Shown here: piece by piece, positions 41,258 to 54,642 of the stretch | How positions within the stretch are numbered: the stretch's first letter is position 1 | Layout: the number at the start of each line of letters is the position of its first letter | Source of the DNA: Schmidtea polychroa | Lineage: Eukaryota | Assembly: GCA_044892525.1 (NCBI GenBank) | Contig: CM097885.1 | Location: 43,030,001-43,094,000, forward strand | Direction: 5' to 3' | DNA length: 64,000 nt | Program-made: the position numbers and the translations under genes | Notes under the pieces: model-generated | The model's database searches: none | Seen by the model: the letters and a program-made list of their open reading frames with translations, nothing else | Told to the model about the DNA's origin: nothing

Positions 41258-42281
41258 ACAGTCGAACTTATTTGTTGTGTTAATTGAATAAATTTTGTAA
41301 TGCAGCAACAATATCTCGATTAGTGTTTGTATTGAATCGACAACGTTGATCAACTTGTTCATCAGTGGTTCCCATGAAATAAATTTGGAGAAAACAGTGA
41401 TCTGAATCTGGAAGTGGTAGAAGTGATCCAGCACGATGATAATTTTGTCCTTGGACTTTGAAAGTTGGCATATAATTGTCACGTATGATTTCTGTTGCAC
41501 CGAACGATGTCATTTGGAAACATGAATTGTACTTGCGCATGTTTGCCAAGAAATATTTCGACTGGCTTGTGTCACCTGATACCAACGTTGATAGATGTTC
41601 TGGTGGTAAATACAATTCTGGTTATTTCTTTTTTCCACCAGCATAGTACATTCATGAAGTTTCATTCTTGAATTTCAATACAAGGCAAAATTTGCATAAC
41701 TTGTTCATTTTTCCAATAATGACACTTCGATGAAGACTGTCGTCATATAATCAGCATCGTAATGGAATGCAGCAAGATTTAAATCGCTATGCAATATCCA
41801 TCTGGATCCAACATTGTGTTCTCGATTGGTTCCCAGTCCTACTCGCCGTTAGTCAATTGTTTCATTCGAACGGGCTTGAGTAGTATGTACTCGATCGACT
41901 TCCTATCTTGATTCTCGTTGATCGTTCGTTTGAGAAGAACGATCTTGAGCAGTTTGTATTTGAACAGCTTCGAATCTTGCTTCCCTTTGCTCGTCTGTTT
42001 CTAAGCTAGTAGGGCTTTTTTTTCGTGCTTCCGATGTAGGTCGACCAATCGATTTCCGTTTTGGGGAAATAACTGTCGATGATGCTCATAAACTCGCTGA
42101 AAATAAATAAATGAAAAAATTCAATTTTCGAAAAATTATGAAGCCAGTGAGGGACCAGTATTTAAATTTTTTTGACTGCCAGAAACATTCGTGGGAGTGT
42201 ACTCGACATCTTCCCAAGTTTCAAGACGATTGGGCGAATGGTGTAGTAATGTATAAAGAACAAACAGACAGAGATATATAT
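41258..42281 (-). mobile_element. Helitron 5' fragment (N-terminal RepHel region)
   Basis: FLANMRKYNSCFQMTSFGA...FKVQGQNYHRAGSLLP...FLQIYF, preceded by a degenerate CKFC...KFKNE zinc motif. Confidence 0.88.
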
Positions 42282-42592
42282 ATTCGCTATTTTATATATT
42301 ATTATTCTCCAAAAATTATTATTATTTTTTATGGAATTATAAATATTATTTTTCTTAAGATTATTTTTTAGAGTATTGTTGAAAAGGCATAGGAAATTGC
42401 GGTCATGAGTTCGATCAGAGCAATCAAAAGACCGTTAAAGGGGTGAGATTGCGAAGTTGTCGATCGAAGCGATCGGGCTTTCTTATGCCTTTTCCAAACT
42501 ACTACCATTCAATAATTTGTTCAAGAGAAGAAAGAGGATAAAAATAAAAAGAATGTTCACTAAATATGAAGTAAGATCGAATGCTAAATATA

Positions 42593-43543
42593 CTACACGA
42601 TATTTGTAAAGTATTCAAAAAGTGAACTTTTACAAAGGTAGCTGACAAATATCAAGTCAATAATCAAAAAAAAGTCAAGGTTCATTAACTTTTGAAAAAT
42701 TCTTTTTAGGATGAAAAACCAGAACGCATTATTTGTAAAGTATTGGAATGGCGAAAAAAGAGCTGAACTTCCGCATGCTATTAAAGTTATTTCTAGTTCA
42801 GTTTGACAGTGTTTTGTATTTGAGAATTTAGTGCACATTCTTGGTTTTACGCAAAGACTGCATAAATAAATAAGAGATAACGTTGTTCAGAACTATGCAT
42901 AACTGTAAACATATATTGGTTCTTGGTAGCATCATATTGTAAAGGATATACATGTAATTATATGAAATATTCTATGCAAATTTTATTCAAAAGGAATTGT
43001 TGATTATAAATAAATGTTTCTAAATTTAATTCGAATCATATATGTAATTCTAACAACTGAATATCTTTCTCCTATTGTTTGTGTTGATAGACAGGCATAT
43101 TTAGATCAAAAATAACTTACTGTACATAGATATCCTGTCCAGGATGCTGTGCAAATACATTTCAAGATTTGAAAATCGTAACGCCTTTCACTAACAGGTA
43201 CAGGAACGCATTTACCGTTATGTCGGCAAACTCTCTCACCAATTCTATATGAGAACTGTGGGATGATATAAATTGTCAAAATCTATTCCTACCTTTTTAT
43301 CGAGCACCCTACTCTTAAATATTCACAAGTTTTACTTTGTTCATTCCAAACATAACCTTGTTTACAAACACATTTTGATTTATATTTGTAGATCGATCCA
43401 TAAAGATTTTTGAAATCACCTTCCAAAAGATTTACAGCCTTTTCATTATCTGGAACTTTCAAGCATAATCCTCTTACTACATTCTTTTCAATGGTGCATA
43501 AATTTGGCTTTCTACATGGATCAGGACAATTTTGGGAAATTTT
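42593..43543 (-). CDS. Host exons encoding EGF-like repeats (multi-exon, partial model)
   Basis: Exons about 43543-43293 (CPDPCRKPNLC...KCVCKQGYVWNEQSKTC) and 43255-43121 (VCRHNGKC...KCICTASWTGYLC) with GT-AG introns. Possible hydrophobic terminal exon ending at 42593. Confidence 0.7.
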
Positions 43544-44660
43544 CTATATAATAAAGACAGAATATTATTACTAAAGAAAGTTAAATTTTGACTTTAAAAC
43601 ATTTTGCATCGATATTAAAATTACTTTATAATTTTTTTAAAATGTTTTATTTAGGATCTTAAGAATCACAAAACAATACTACAAACTGCTCAAAATATGC
43701 AAAAAATACGCCTGACACTGGAACGGTCAATTACATTTGAGCGATTTCCTGGGCTAGTGTGAGACTAGTTTTGAAGATTCTAATATCGAAGTCTGGAGAA
43801 TAATTATTTTTTATGCCTATTGAGTAGTTAAAATGTCATATAAAATGATCAAAATGAAATATAAGATATTAGTAATAATTATTAATTCATTAATATTTTA
43901 GATGTTAATTGCCGTTTCAGTTGTCTGTTACCACCAAGTTAAATGTTTTTCAAATAGTATTTCCAAATTATCACTTTAAATGTACTTCAAATGTCAAATA
44001 TTTTATAAATTTAAAAATAATAAGTTCAGTATGGTTATGTTAATGAAATTTAGTTATGTTGTTAGGGATAGGCCTGGAGCTTGAAATAATGAAACAATAA
44101 AAATTACTAAATTTAGAAATAGTATATTAAAATTAATAAACAATTACTTAAAATAAAATATAGATATAATTAAAATACTATAAATAGAAATAGGTTATAC
44201 TTAGTAATATTTAATGATGGTGATACTATAAATAATAATTATAATATTACTAATAATATAATAAACAAATATAATTTAATATAAATAACGGTTCAAAATC
44301 AGAACCGAGGATGTAAAAATTGGAGACGAAAACTTGAGATTCAAAACTGAAAATTAGACAGAAAATAGAAAATTGTACAAAGAAAGTACAAAGAACTTAG
44401 GATTTGAAAGACAAAATTGATCTACTAGAGAGAAATTATAAAATAGCTGTCGAGCTAATTAAACGTATTATTTGCACGGGAGAAAGAGTTTAAGAATAAA
44501 TACAGCTGTGCACATTCGACTATATATTGAAAGCACAATATTGGGAATTGTTAGAAAAATCTCAGGAGAAAAATTGGAAATCTGATTATTGTTAAAGGAA
44601 GTCATTATTAATTCTGTCGAGATAAAAATATTTATTGTTGGTTTAGTTTGAAGGATAAAT

Positions 44661-45671
<1,011 letters not shown>

Positions 45672-45913
45672 AGAATATATAAAATATCCATCAACTTGGC
45701 TGTATTCGGACAAACACATATTGATTTATTAAAAGACTCCACTGTTATTGTTGTATTGTGTGAGCACACACTGGTTATAATAATTAGCAATATGAATATA
45801 GTTTTCATGGTGTATCAAATCAAAACCTTTCTTTTACATTTATAGTCTATCAACCAATCAAAATCATACGGTATTAGTATAAATAAAACATCATATTTTA
45901 AAATATTGTAGAA

Positions 45914-46434
45914 ATGTCTCATTTTATGGAAAATCTTTTAAGCGAACTTATCAACAAGAAGATTATGGAAAGCCTCAGTTTCCTGGTCGATCGGACCGAA
46001 AAGATTATAGAAGGAAATCATATTGATTATGAGGATGTGCTCAATTCCGAATGCCTCGAAACGAGAAAATTCTATTTTCATAGGATTTTTAACTGCCTAT
46101 GCGACGATGAGATGAAGTGGACCCGAATACTAGTAGGGTTCGCTTATATGAAGATTATAATCGAAAAAAGTTTATGGGACTCTGAACATTATTATCAGTG
46201 GTCTCAAGAAGTAATACTTTTATACTCTATATTTTATTAATATTTATTTTCTAGATAATCAAGTCAAAGTTTACACCATGGATAGAAGCCAATGGCGGAT
46301 GGGGTGTATTGAACCAAATCGCCCGAAATGCAAAAGAAATCGACGACCACAAAATGAAGTTTAAAAACTATGTAAAACTTGCAACAGGTGTTGCTATTTT
46401 GTATGTTATATCTCGATTTTTAAATAAAAATTAA
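45914..46434 (+). CDS. Viral Bcl-2-family protein, 158 aa, two exons (intron 46211-46254)
   Basis: BH1-like DDEMKWTRILVGFAY in exon 1. BH2 FTPWIEANGGW and tail anchor LATGVAILYVISRF in exon 2. Phase-0 GT-AG intron preserves the frame. Confidence 0.88.
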
Positions 46435-46549
46435 TGTAGTTATTTTGTTTTTTAAATAGATTTTTAAATAAAAATTTAATCTAGTTATTTTGATTTTTTA
46501 AATAAAAATTAATATAGTTATTTTAAATAAATTTACAAACAATAATTAA

Positions 46550-46926
46550 CTAAAATTTATTAACACATTCGCAGTCGTCATCTCCACATTTCATTATATT
46601 TTCAACGACATGATCAATACAATCATTCGTAATATTATCTTTAGGTTCCTCTATAGGTTCATCTATAGGTTCAAAGATTTCCTCATCAATTTCTTCAGTA
46701 TCGGTTTCTTGAGTTTCTTCCTGATCATCAAATCCTGAATCTTGACTCTCAACTACCCAGCCGATATTTAATGCATTTGTAACAGATAATATGTCCTCAA
46801 TTTTTACACCAGCTATTTCTGCTAATTTTTCCAACAAAAAGTTGATTAATAATTCTAAATAATAATAATAATAAATAATTCAGTAATTAATTAATCATGT
46901 TAACCTTTTTCTGCAGTCATTTTCAT
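46550..46926 (-). CDS. Small acidic hypothetical protein with C-terminal Cys/His cluster, probably two exons
   Basis: ORF 46550-46837 extends upstream through a short GT-AG intron to MKMTAEK. Acidic tract and CIDH...CGDDDCEC. Confidence 0.55.
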
Positions 46927-47052
46927 CACTTTAAAGCTATATTTTAAGTTTGTTTATAGATTTTCTTTGTTAAATTTGCATGTCATTTGCATTTATGTTG
47001 CAATTAATAAAGAGAAAAACAAATATGACTAATACATTTATTAAATATAACA

Positions 47053-47463
47053 TTAAAATATTTGTGAAAGTCTAGCAGACATAATTTTCCAAATAGGAGA
47101 ATATACATCATTATTATCAACTTTATATCCCTGGATTGCAATTGTTATATACCAATTTTCATTTTCTTTGAAACTGATTTCATCAAAAGCATCATAAAAT
47201 CTTGCATATCTATTGTTGAACCATGCATGTTGATTACATGATAGATTCGAATCTAACCGTTTAAAAACATCATCAATAGTTTTGACATCAATCATTGAAA
47301 GCGTGCCGGATAAGAATTGAAATTTAGTTGGAATTAGCTTGACTGGTGCAACCAATTTCATATTGATTTCTTCTTTCAAAAAATACATTTTGTAATTGTG
47401 GAACATTTGTACTGGTTGAACCATTTCTTTAGGTTTTTCGGTGCATGAAATTTTCTTGGTCAT
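47053..47463 (-). CDS. Hypothetical Polinton protein (136 aa)
   Basis: Clean ATG ORF preceded by ATTGG and TATAAAA motifs. No family recognised. Confidence 0.6.
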   Translation of the reverse strand: MTKKISCTEKPKEMVQPVQMFHNYKMYFLKEEINMKLVAPVKLIPTKFQFLSGTLSMIDVKTIDDVFKRLDSNLSCNQHAWFNNRYARFYDAFDEISFKENENWYITIAIQGYKVDNNDVYSPIWKIMSARLSQIF

Positions 47464-47851
47464 AGTGAATAATGATTAAATTGAAATGTTACAGGGTTTT
47501 TATACTTCCAATCATCCAATCAAATTACAGTGTGCTTTGTTTAAAATATACGTCTTTGTTAAATTTGCATCCAACATGCATCCAACATGCATTATATATG
47601 TTTTATTAATGTTTAAATTAAATATATATGTTCCTATTATTAATGATTAAATAAAATATATGTGTTCCTATTATTAATGTTTAAATTATATATGTTCCTA
47701 TTATTATTGATGTTTTAACTTATTTTAATTAGTATTATTATTATCATCATTATTATTAACTTTCTATTAATGTTTTACTTTATATTAAAAGTCAACTATA
47801 TATATATATTAAAAACAAAATAATACAAAACGTTTATTATATACAAAACAT

Positions 47852-48259
47852 TTACTTTGATACAATCCGGGAGTAGTGAAACCTTCTCAGAGTTTTCACT
47901 AACTCCCATTCGACATATCGCCGATATCGATCGGCACAGCATGAACATCCGAACATACATTGATACTCCGGCTCCGTTTCTTTCATGGTTCTATTAATCT
48001 TGATATCCCATAAAAATTGATGGAATACCTCCATTATTCGAATTTGAGTCGCATAGAAAATCAAATCCAGTATGATTTCAGGTTCTCTGTCTTTGGTTAT
48101 TTCCGCAATTTGAGGATAATAATATTTTATCCTATTGAGCATTACTTCTATATATTTTTCTAAAATAATAAATATAAAAAATGTCAAAATAAAAATTTTA
48201 AATTTACCATAGTCGTCAATATCTTTCATTAAATTTGCTGCGCTTGGTATTTTGTACAT
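47852..48259 (-). CDS. Hypothetical Polinton protein with CxxGCxCC motif, probable in-frame 48-bp intron
   Basis: ATG at 48259. The T-rich in-frame segment at about 48160-48207 is bounded by GT and AG. Motif YQCMFGCSCC. Confidence 0.55.
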   Translation of the reverse strand: MYKIPSAANLMKDIDDYGKFKIFILTFFIFIILEKYIEVMLNRIKYYYPQIAEITKDREPEIILDLIFYATQIRIMEVFHQFLWDIKINRTMKETEPEYQCMFGCSCCADRYRRYVEWELVKTLRRFHYSRIVSK

Positions 48260-48333
48260 GTTGTTGAATAAATGAATCCTAAACAAAAAACCGTTTGTTT
48301 AAATCAATCAATAACCAAGTAGAAATTAACCAA

Positions 48334-48771
48334 TTAGAAATCGACCAATGAAATTACCTCATTTCGAACATTGTCAACAAATTCTCTATACTCCAAATTT
48401 CTCAACCCCAACATGACAACCTTTCCACTAGCAAACACTTTGACACATATAGGGTTATATTTTAATAGTCTTAGTGCTGGAAACAATTCCGGTTCAAACA
48501 TACAATCACATTTTTTCGACATGTTATATAGATTGATACTATGTCCCATATCCATAGTAACGGTAATTGATTGGATTATAATATTATTTATTCGATATTG
48601 TAATTTATTAATATCCAAAGGTTTCTTACATCCCATAATTCTGCATTTACCAGTCTTGAAAAATATTATCGGATATTTCCCGCTTCTATCGATAATTTGC
48701 TGGGGTTTCCCTGGTGGGAACCTCATATTCGATACATTAAAATTTCCTCGATAATTTATATTTGCTAACAT
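48334..48771 (-). CDS. TATA-binding protein (TBP)-like protein
   Basis: Two TBP-type repeats, IIFFKTGKCRIMG and IIQSITVTMDMGHSINL...FEPELFPAL...VKVFASGKVVMLG, matching the TBP core consensus YEPELFPGL...LIFVSGKVVLTG. Confidence 0.88.
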   Translation of the reverse strand: MLANINYRGNFNVSNMRFPPGKPQQIIDRSGKYPIIFFKTGKCRIMGCKKPLDINKLQYRINNIIIQSITVTMDMGHSINLYNMSKKCDCMFEPELFPALRLLKYNPICVKVFASGKVVMLGLRNLEYREFVDNVRNEVISLVDF

Positions 48772-48873
48772 TATTAAATCATTTATGAAAATTAGTCTTT
48801 ATATACAAATTGAGCACGAGTTCATTAAATCATCGAATATAAACAAATATTATATATTTATAAAATTTTTGAA

Positions 48874-49500
48874 ATGGAATTAAGAAATGATGCAGTATAC
48901 CAAATCGTTGGTCCGAGTGGTAGTGGAAAAACATTATTTGTTTGTAAATTATTAAAATCAAATTTATTCAAATCAAAATTCAACAGGATTTATTGGCACA
49001 GGGGTGCTGATGAAGAACATGGATTAACTCAATCAAGTTTCTGTAAATTAAAAAACATGAAAATAGTAAAGGGATTCGATAAAAACTGGTCCAGCCGATT
49101 AAAGAAAGGTGATGTCATTATTATCGATGATTTGTATCAAGAAGCTAATAAAGAAAAAGATTTTAATAATTTATTTACAAAGATCAGCAGACATGTCGGT
49201 GTAACAGTTATTTTCATAACACAAAATCTATTTCATCAAGGTGGGGCACATCGAACACGTAATTTAAATGTACAATATTTAGTTATTTTCAAGAATCCTA
49301 GAGATGCAACAGTGATCGATTTTCTTGCACGTCAAGCATACCCTAACAATCGTAATTTTCTTATCAGTGCATTTCAAGATGCTACAAAAATACCTCATGG
49401 ATATATATTTCTTGATTTCACGCAACAATGTCCCGATGATTTACGAGTAAAAACAGATATTTTCAACCCAAAAGGTGCCATGGTTTATAAACAAAGTTGA
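48874..49500 (+). CDS. A32/FtsK-HerA-type DNA packaging ATPase
   Basis: Walker A GPSGSGKT, Walker B IIIDDL, SRH and FITQNLF motifs. Confidence 0.95.
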   Translation: MELRNDAVYQIVGPSGSGKTLFVCKLLKSNLFKSKFNRIYWHRGADEEHGLTQSSFCKLKNMKIVKGFDKNWSSRLKKGDVIIIDDLYQEANKEKDFNNLFTKISRHVGVTVIFITQNLFHQGGAHRTRNLNVQYLVIFKNPRDATVIDFLARQAYPNNRNFLISAFQDATKIPHGYIFLDFTQQCPDDLRVKTDIFNPKGAMVYKQS

Positions 49501-49518
49501 AAACCTCTATGAATAATA

Positions 49519-50052
49519 ATGTTTCTAAAAGCAAGGGTGAAAAATATTAGGAAATTAAGAAAAAGTATTAGAAAGAGTATTAAAGTTCCAAAAGTTCCAC
49601 CAACAACTAGTTATACACCATCTAAGAAACTTGTAACTGAAAATTTCTCTGCAATGAATCTTATTTCGAAAAATCCTAAACCTAAACGTAAAACCCGTAA
49701 AACCCGTAAAACCAGTAAAAAAGTAGTTAAAAATCATCGCAGTTTTCCATTTTTTAATGCATTGTTAAAGGCCCCGAGTATGAAAAGAATGAATATATTG
49801 CAATCATTCCCAAATTTTGTTGTCGATGATTTACTCAATATTATACTTAAAGTAGTCAAAGGCAAAATTAAAATCAGTAAATCAAAAAAGCATTTATTGA
49901 GCAAACATAGGAAACCATTGTTATCTTTAGTAAATAATAAAAATCGTAAGCAAATGAGGAAAATTATATATAAACAACAAGGTGGATTTATTGGTGCATT
50001 GATACCTCTGGCATTATTATTATTAGGTGGAGTTGTAGGAAATCAATCATAA
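49519..50052 (+). CDS. Basic putative virion core protein with protease-site-like QQGGF
   Basis: Very Lys/Arg-rich. Ends QQGGFIGALIPLALL, a pattern recurrent in animal Polintons. Confidence 0.7.
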   Translation: MFLKARVKNIRKLRKSIRKSIKVPKVPPTTSYTPSKKLVTENFSAMNLISKNPKPKRKTRKTRKTSKKVVKNHRSFPFFNALLKAPSMKRMNILQSFPNFVVDDLLNIILKVVKGKIKISKSKKHLLSKHRKPLLSLVNNKNRKQMRKIIYKQQGGFIGALIPLALLLLGGVVGNQS

Positions 50053-50113
50053 ACAATGGGTGCTAATCCTTCATTGCCCGACATTAAATTTAATTTTAAA
50101 TCTTCTTGTTGTA

Positions 50114-51238
<1,125 letters not shown>

Positions 51239-52243
51239 ATTTTTATACTATTTTGCCGAGCAATAGTTGCCCATTAATTCATCCAGACAATCAAGCCAGT
51301 AAATTCATGGTCAATCTCCAGAATCCAATTTCTTTAAATGGGGACTGGGAAGTTGCACTGCAAGATTTTACATTCGTGTACAACACATTCCCATTTTATA
51401 GTCAATGTAAGATTGATTTCAAAAGGAATATTGTGAAAACATGTAGCGGTATCTTTGTTATCAGTAATTATGATAAAACATATCATATTCCGAATCAAAT
51501 ATTAGATTCGCATTGCTATATGTTTTACAAGGATGGATTAAATATCAGTTGTGATTTTAAACCATTTACAATAACATTCGAAACTATTGAAGATGCCAAA
51601 CGAATGGGTTGCAATAAGTTGAAAAATATTGTTACGGAGACCGAGTATTTATTACGTTTTAATCTATTTGAAGCAAACAGTATAGTGAAAGAAGAAATCA
51701 AAATATCTGTGTCGTATAATGATGAAGTTGAAGAATCATTTACCTTTGCTGATGAATTATATTTTGATAAACTTGATGATTTACTTAAATATTTAAAGTT
51801 CAATTGTTCACACATATTTAAAAATTTGGAAATTGTGAAAGATTTGATGTTTACCTTCAGTTTGAATGATGACATTTGCGAAGTTACATTTGATAAAAAT
51901 TTGGCAAATTCACTTGGATTAGATAAGCAAAAATATCGAGAAAAATCGACTGGTATACGCAAACCAAGAATACTAGAACATCATCAACAAATGTTCATAT
52001 ATACTAACATTATCGAACCCATAATTGTTGGTGATTCCAGTGTTCCTCTTTTGAAATCGGTATGGCTTGGCAAATATGAACATGATGAAGTTGTCAATAT
52101 AAATATCGATAATCCCATGTATTTACCAATAGCAAGTTCATGTATAAACAATATAGAAATAAATATTCGTGATGATAGTGGAAAACTTATAAACTTTCCA
52201 AAAGGTTCAAAAACTCATTTGACATTACATTTTCGTAAAGTAG

Positions 52244-52612
52244 ATGGCAAATTCTGATATTATTAGTATGTATAGTGGTAGCCAATCTGGTGGCGAATTA
52301 CCATATTTTATTGGTAAACAGTACGGATCAGGATGGTTGAGAACAATTGGTAGATTTGCCCTGCCTATTCTTAAACGTATTGGTAGTTTTGGTATGAAAA
52401 CTGCAAAAGATGTTATTATGAATGAACAGAAAATATTACCATCTCTAAAAACAAATGCTTTAGCTGAATTAGGGAAAGTTTTACCCGGGGTTGCAGGTAT
52501 GTTTCAAAAAGAAAAACCTCCAGCTCCAGCTCACGCTCCAAAACGTAAAAGACATGGAATATCACGTATAAACAAACGAATGAAAGGACATGGAACTATA
52601 TTTGCAAAATGA
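52244..52612 (+). CDS. Putative virion core/membrane-active protein with Gly-rich protease-site-like motifs
   Basis: QSGGELPYFIGKQYGSGWLRTIGRFALPILK amphipathic segment and basic tail, located just upstream of the major capsid gene. Confidence 0.7.
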   Translation: MANSDIISMYSGSQSGGELPYFIGKQYGSGWLRTIGRFALPILKRIGSFGMKTAKDVIMNEQKILPSLKTNALAELGKVLPGVAGMFQKEKPPAPAHAPKRKRHGISRINKRMKGHGTIFAK

Positions 52613-53829
52613 TTTGTGGTAAATCTGAATTATGTATATTTGATAGACCGTCGCCCCAGGCTGTAATAGAATTTGGGGCATTTGAGGAAGTTTTTCCTAT
52701 GAATTCAATTACCGATAGTAGAAATGATATCGAGTTTTATATTAATGGTTCGCAAACCGAATATTTAGATTTGAACGATACTTTATTGACTGTTCAGATT
52801 AAGGTTGTAGATAAAGATAGAAAAGCTTTGGATGCCAATGCAGATGTAATACCGAACAATTTCCTGTTTCATACTCTTTTTAAAGATGCAGTGTTGGGAT
52901 TTAATAATATCAAGATTGAGGGCGGAAATAATACATTCATTCACAAGGCATTAATAGAAACTATTTTAAATTACAATTCCGATACTAAAAATACATGCCT
53001 TACTCCTATGGGCTATGGTAGTGATGATGAAAGAAAAAAGTGGGTTAAAGGCTCAAAGGTTTTCACCATGTGCTCATCATTACAACTTGATTTTATGGAT
53101 CAACCGAAATATTTACTACCGGGAGTTAATGTACATATTAGACTGAAAAGGTCTGATTCTGCATTATCTCTTACTAGTGCAACTACTACACCAATATGTC
53201 AATTAGTTGATGCAAAATTATTGGTGAGAAGAGTTCGAGTAGACCCCTCGGTATTAGCAGGTCATCAATTGGGTCTTAATTCAAAACATGCAATTTATCC
53301 ATTAAAAACAAAGGAAATTGTACAATTTGCTATTGCTAAAGGTGCTTCATCATTCTATAAAGAACAAATATTTGGTGACAGAAGAATGCCTAATTTTATT
53401 CTGATAACATTTCAAAGTGAAGCACAATATAATGGATCTTATACTGCTTCCAGCTCAATTTTCAAAAACTTTGGTGTTACATCATTGACTTTGTCGAAAA
53501 ATACTGATTATAGAGAAACATATATTCAAGATTTCGAGAATGACAATTACTGTGCGACATATATGCAGAGTATTGTTAGAAATCTGGGTTATTTAGATAA
53601 AAATTTGAATTGCGGAATAACTCTAGAAGATTTTAAAAGAAAATACCCATTTTTTACATTTGTTTTAGCCCCTGATTTAGATTTAAATCAAAGTCAATTA
53701 CCTCAAAATGGAAATTTACGACTGGATATAAAGTTTGCAAAAGCTATTACTGAACCAGTACATGTTATAATATATGGAGTATTTGAAAATGAAGTTCAAA
53801 TTACTGCAAATAGAACTGTGTTGGTATAA
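52609..53829 (+). CDS. Major capsid protein (double jelly-roll type)
   Basis: 406-aa ORF with KSELCIFD, EYLDLNDT, NNFLFHTLF, QPKYLLPGVNVHIRL and GNLRLDIKFA motifs, in the usual position before the protease. Confidence 0.9.
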   Translation: MICGKSELCIFDRPSPQAVIEFGAFEEVFPMNSITDSRNDIEFYINGSQTEYLDLNDTLLTVQIKVVDKDRKALDANADVIPNNFLFHTLFKDAVLGFNNIKIEGGNNTFIHKALIETILNYNSDTKNTCLTPMGYGSDDERKKWVKGSKVFTMCSSLQLDFMDQPKYLLPGVNVHIRLKRSDSALSLTSATTTPICQLVDAKLLVRRVRVDPSVLAGHQLGLNSKHAIYPLKTKEIVQFAIAKGASSFYKEQIFGDRRMPNFILITFQSEAQYNGSYTASSSIFKNFGVTSLTLSKNTDYRETYIQDFENDNYCATYMQSIVRNLGYLDKNLNCGITLEDFKRKYPFFTFVLAPDLDLNQSQLPQNGNLRLDIKFAKAITEPVHVIIYGVFENEVQITANRTVLV

Positions 53830-54241
53830 ATGTATATTGAAACACAAAAAGTTGTCATGGAGTAAGTTGTTTTTTATACTCTGGATTTATTTAAGTAGTT
53901 CTGTTCAGGTCAATAAAATCGGAAAACAGATATTGGGAAATGAATTTGTTGGAGTTTTTCCTCTTGATAAAATTCCATATTTGAGCAATAATCAAGCCAT
54001 AATCGTCAATACTCAATCGTCTCATCTTGGTGGAGAACATTGGATAGCTATATATATGAAACCTGGTAATATATTCGTGTTCGATCCTATGGGTTTCTAT
54101 TATCCTGCTTTGTTGATATCAAAACTGCAAACAATGGGGAAACCTATTGTGTATAATAAAACTATGTTTCAAAATCCCTTGACTCAAACATGTGGTCAAC
54201 ACTGTTTGGCGTGGTTGTTGTACAAAAGGTTTCATGTTTAA
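53830..54241 (+). CDS. Adenain/Ulp1-like cysteine maturation protease, probably with a short 5' intron (53862 to about 53895)
   Basis: GEHW, FDPMG, Q...TCGQHC catalytic motifs. A GTAAGT donor after ATG GA joins in frame to give MDSSVQVN. Confidence 0.9.
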
Positions 54242-54642
54242 TAAATGTTTAGTGTATGCTTTGTTGTTGTTATTTAATAAGAAAGACTTTTATTATTATT
54301 ATTTGTTATTTAATAAGAAAGACTTTAATTTTATTATTTATTGTTATTATTAAGAATAATATTAATTATTTTTAATTAACTTATTACATATCATAAAGCC
54401 ATCACATGCTCCGTGCATGCACAGTGCATGTTAACAAAGAACTGACTAATAAAGACAGTCACATGGAAACAGTGTGATTAACAAGGCATGTGTAGATGCA
54501 ATACGATTGGTTGAGAGAGGAAAATTCTAAGTTACTATGCGCGTGTGTCTAATTCTGATTGGCTGGGACAGGAAAGTTTTCATTCTCTTTATAAACATTT
54601 GCAATTTCCAAATTCGTCACAATTATTTTAAAATTTTACAAA

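Noticed and set aside
48371..48754. Antisense ORFs over real genes (also 24380-24644, 31856-32221, 51525-51962)
   Set aside because: Shadow frames of better-supported opposite-strand genes.
53774..53860. ORF-track start of the protease inside the capsid gene
   Set aside because: The N-terminal segment is not protease-like. A spliced start at 53830 or 53857 fits better.
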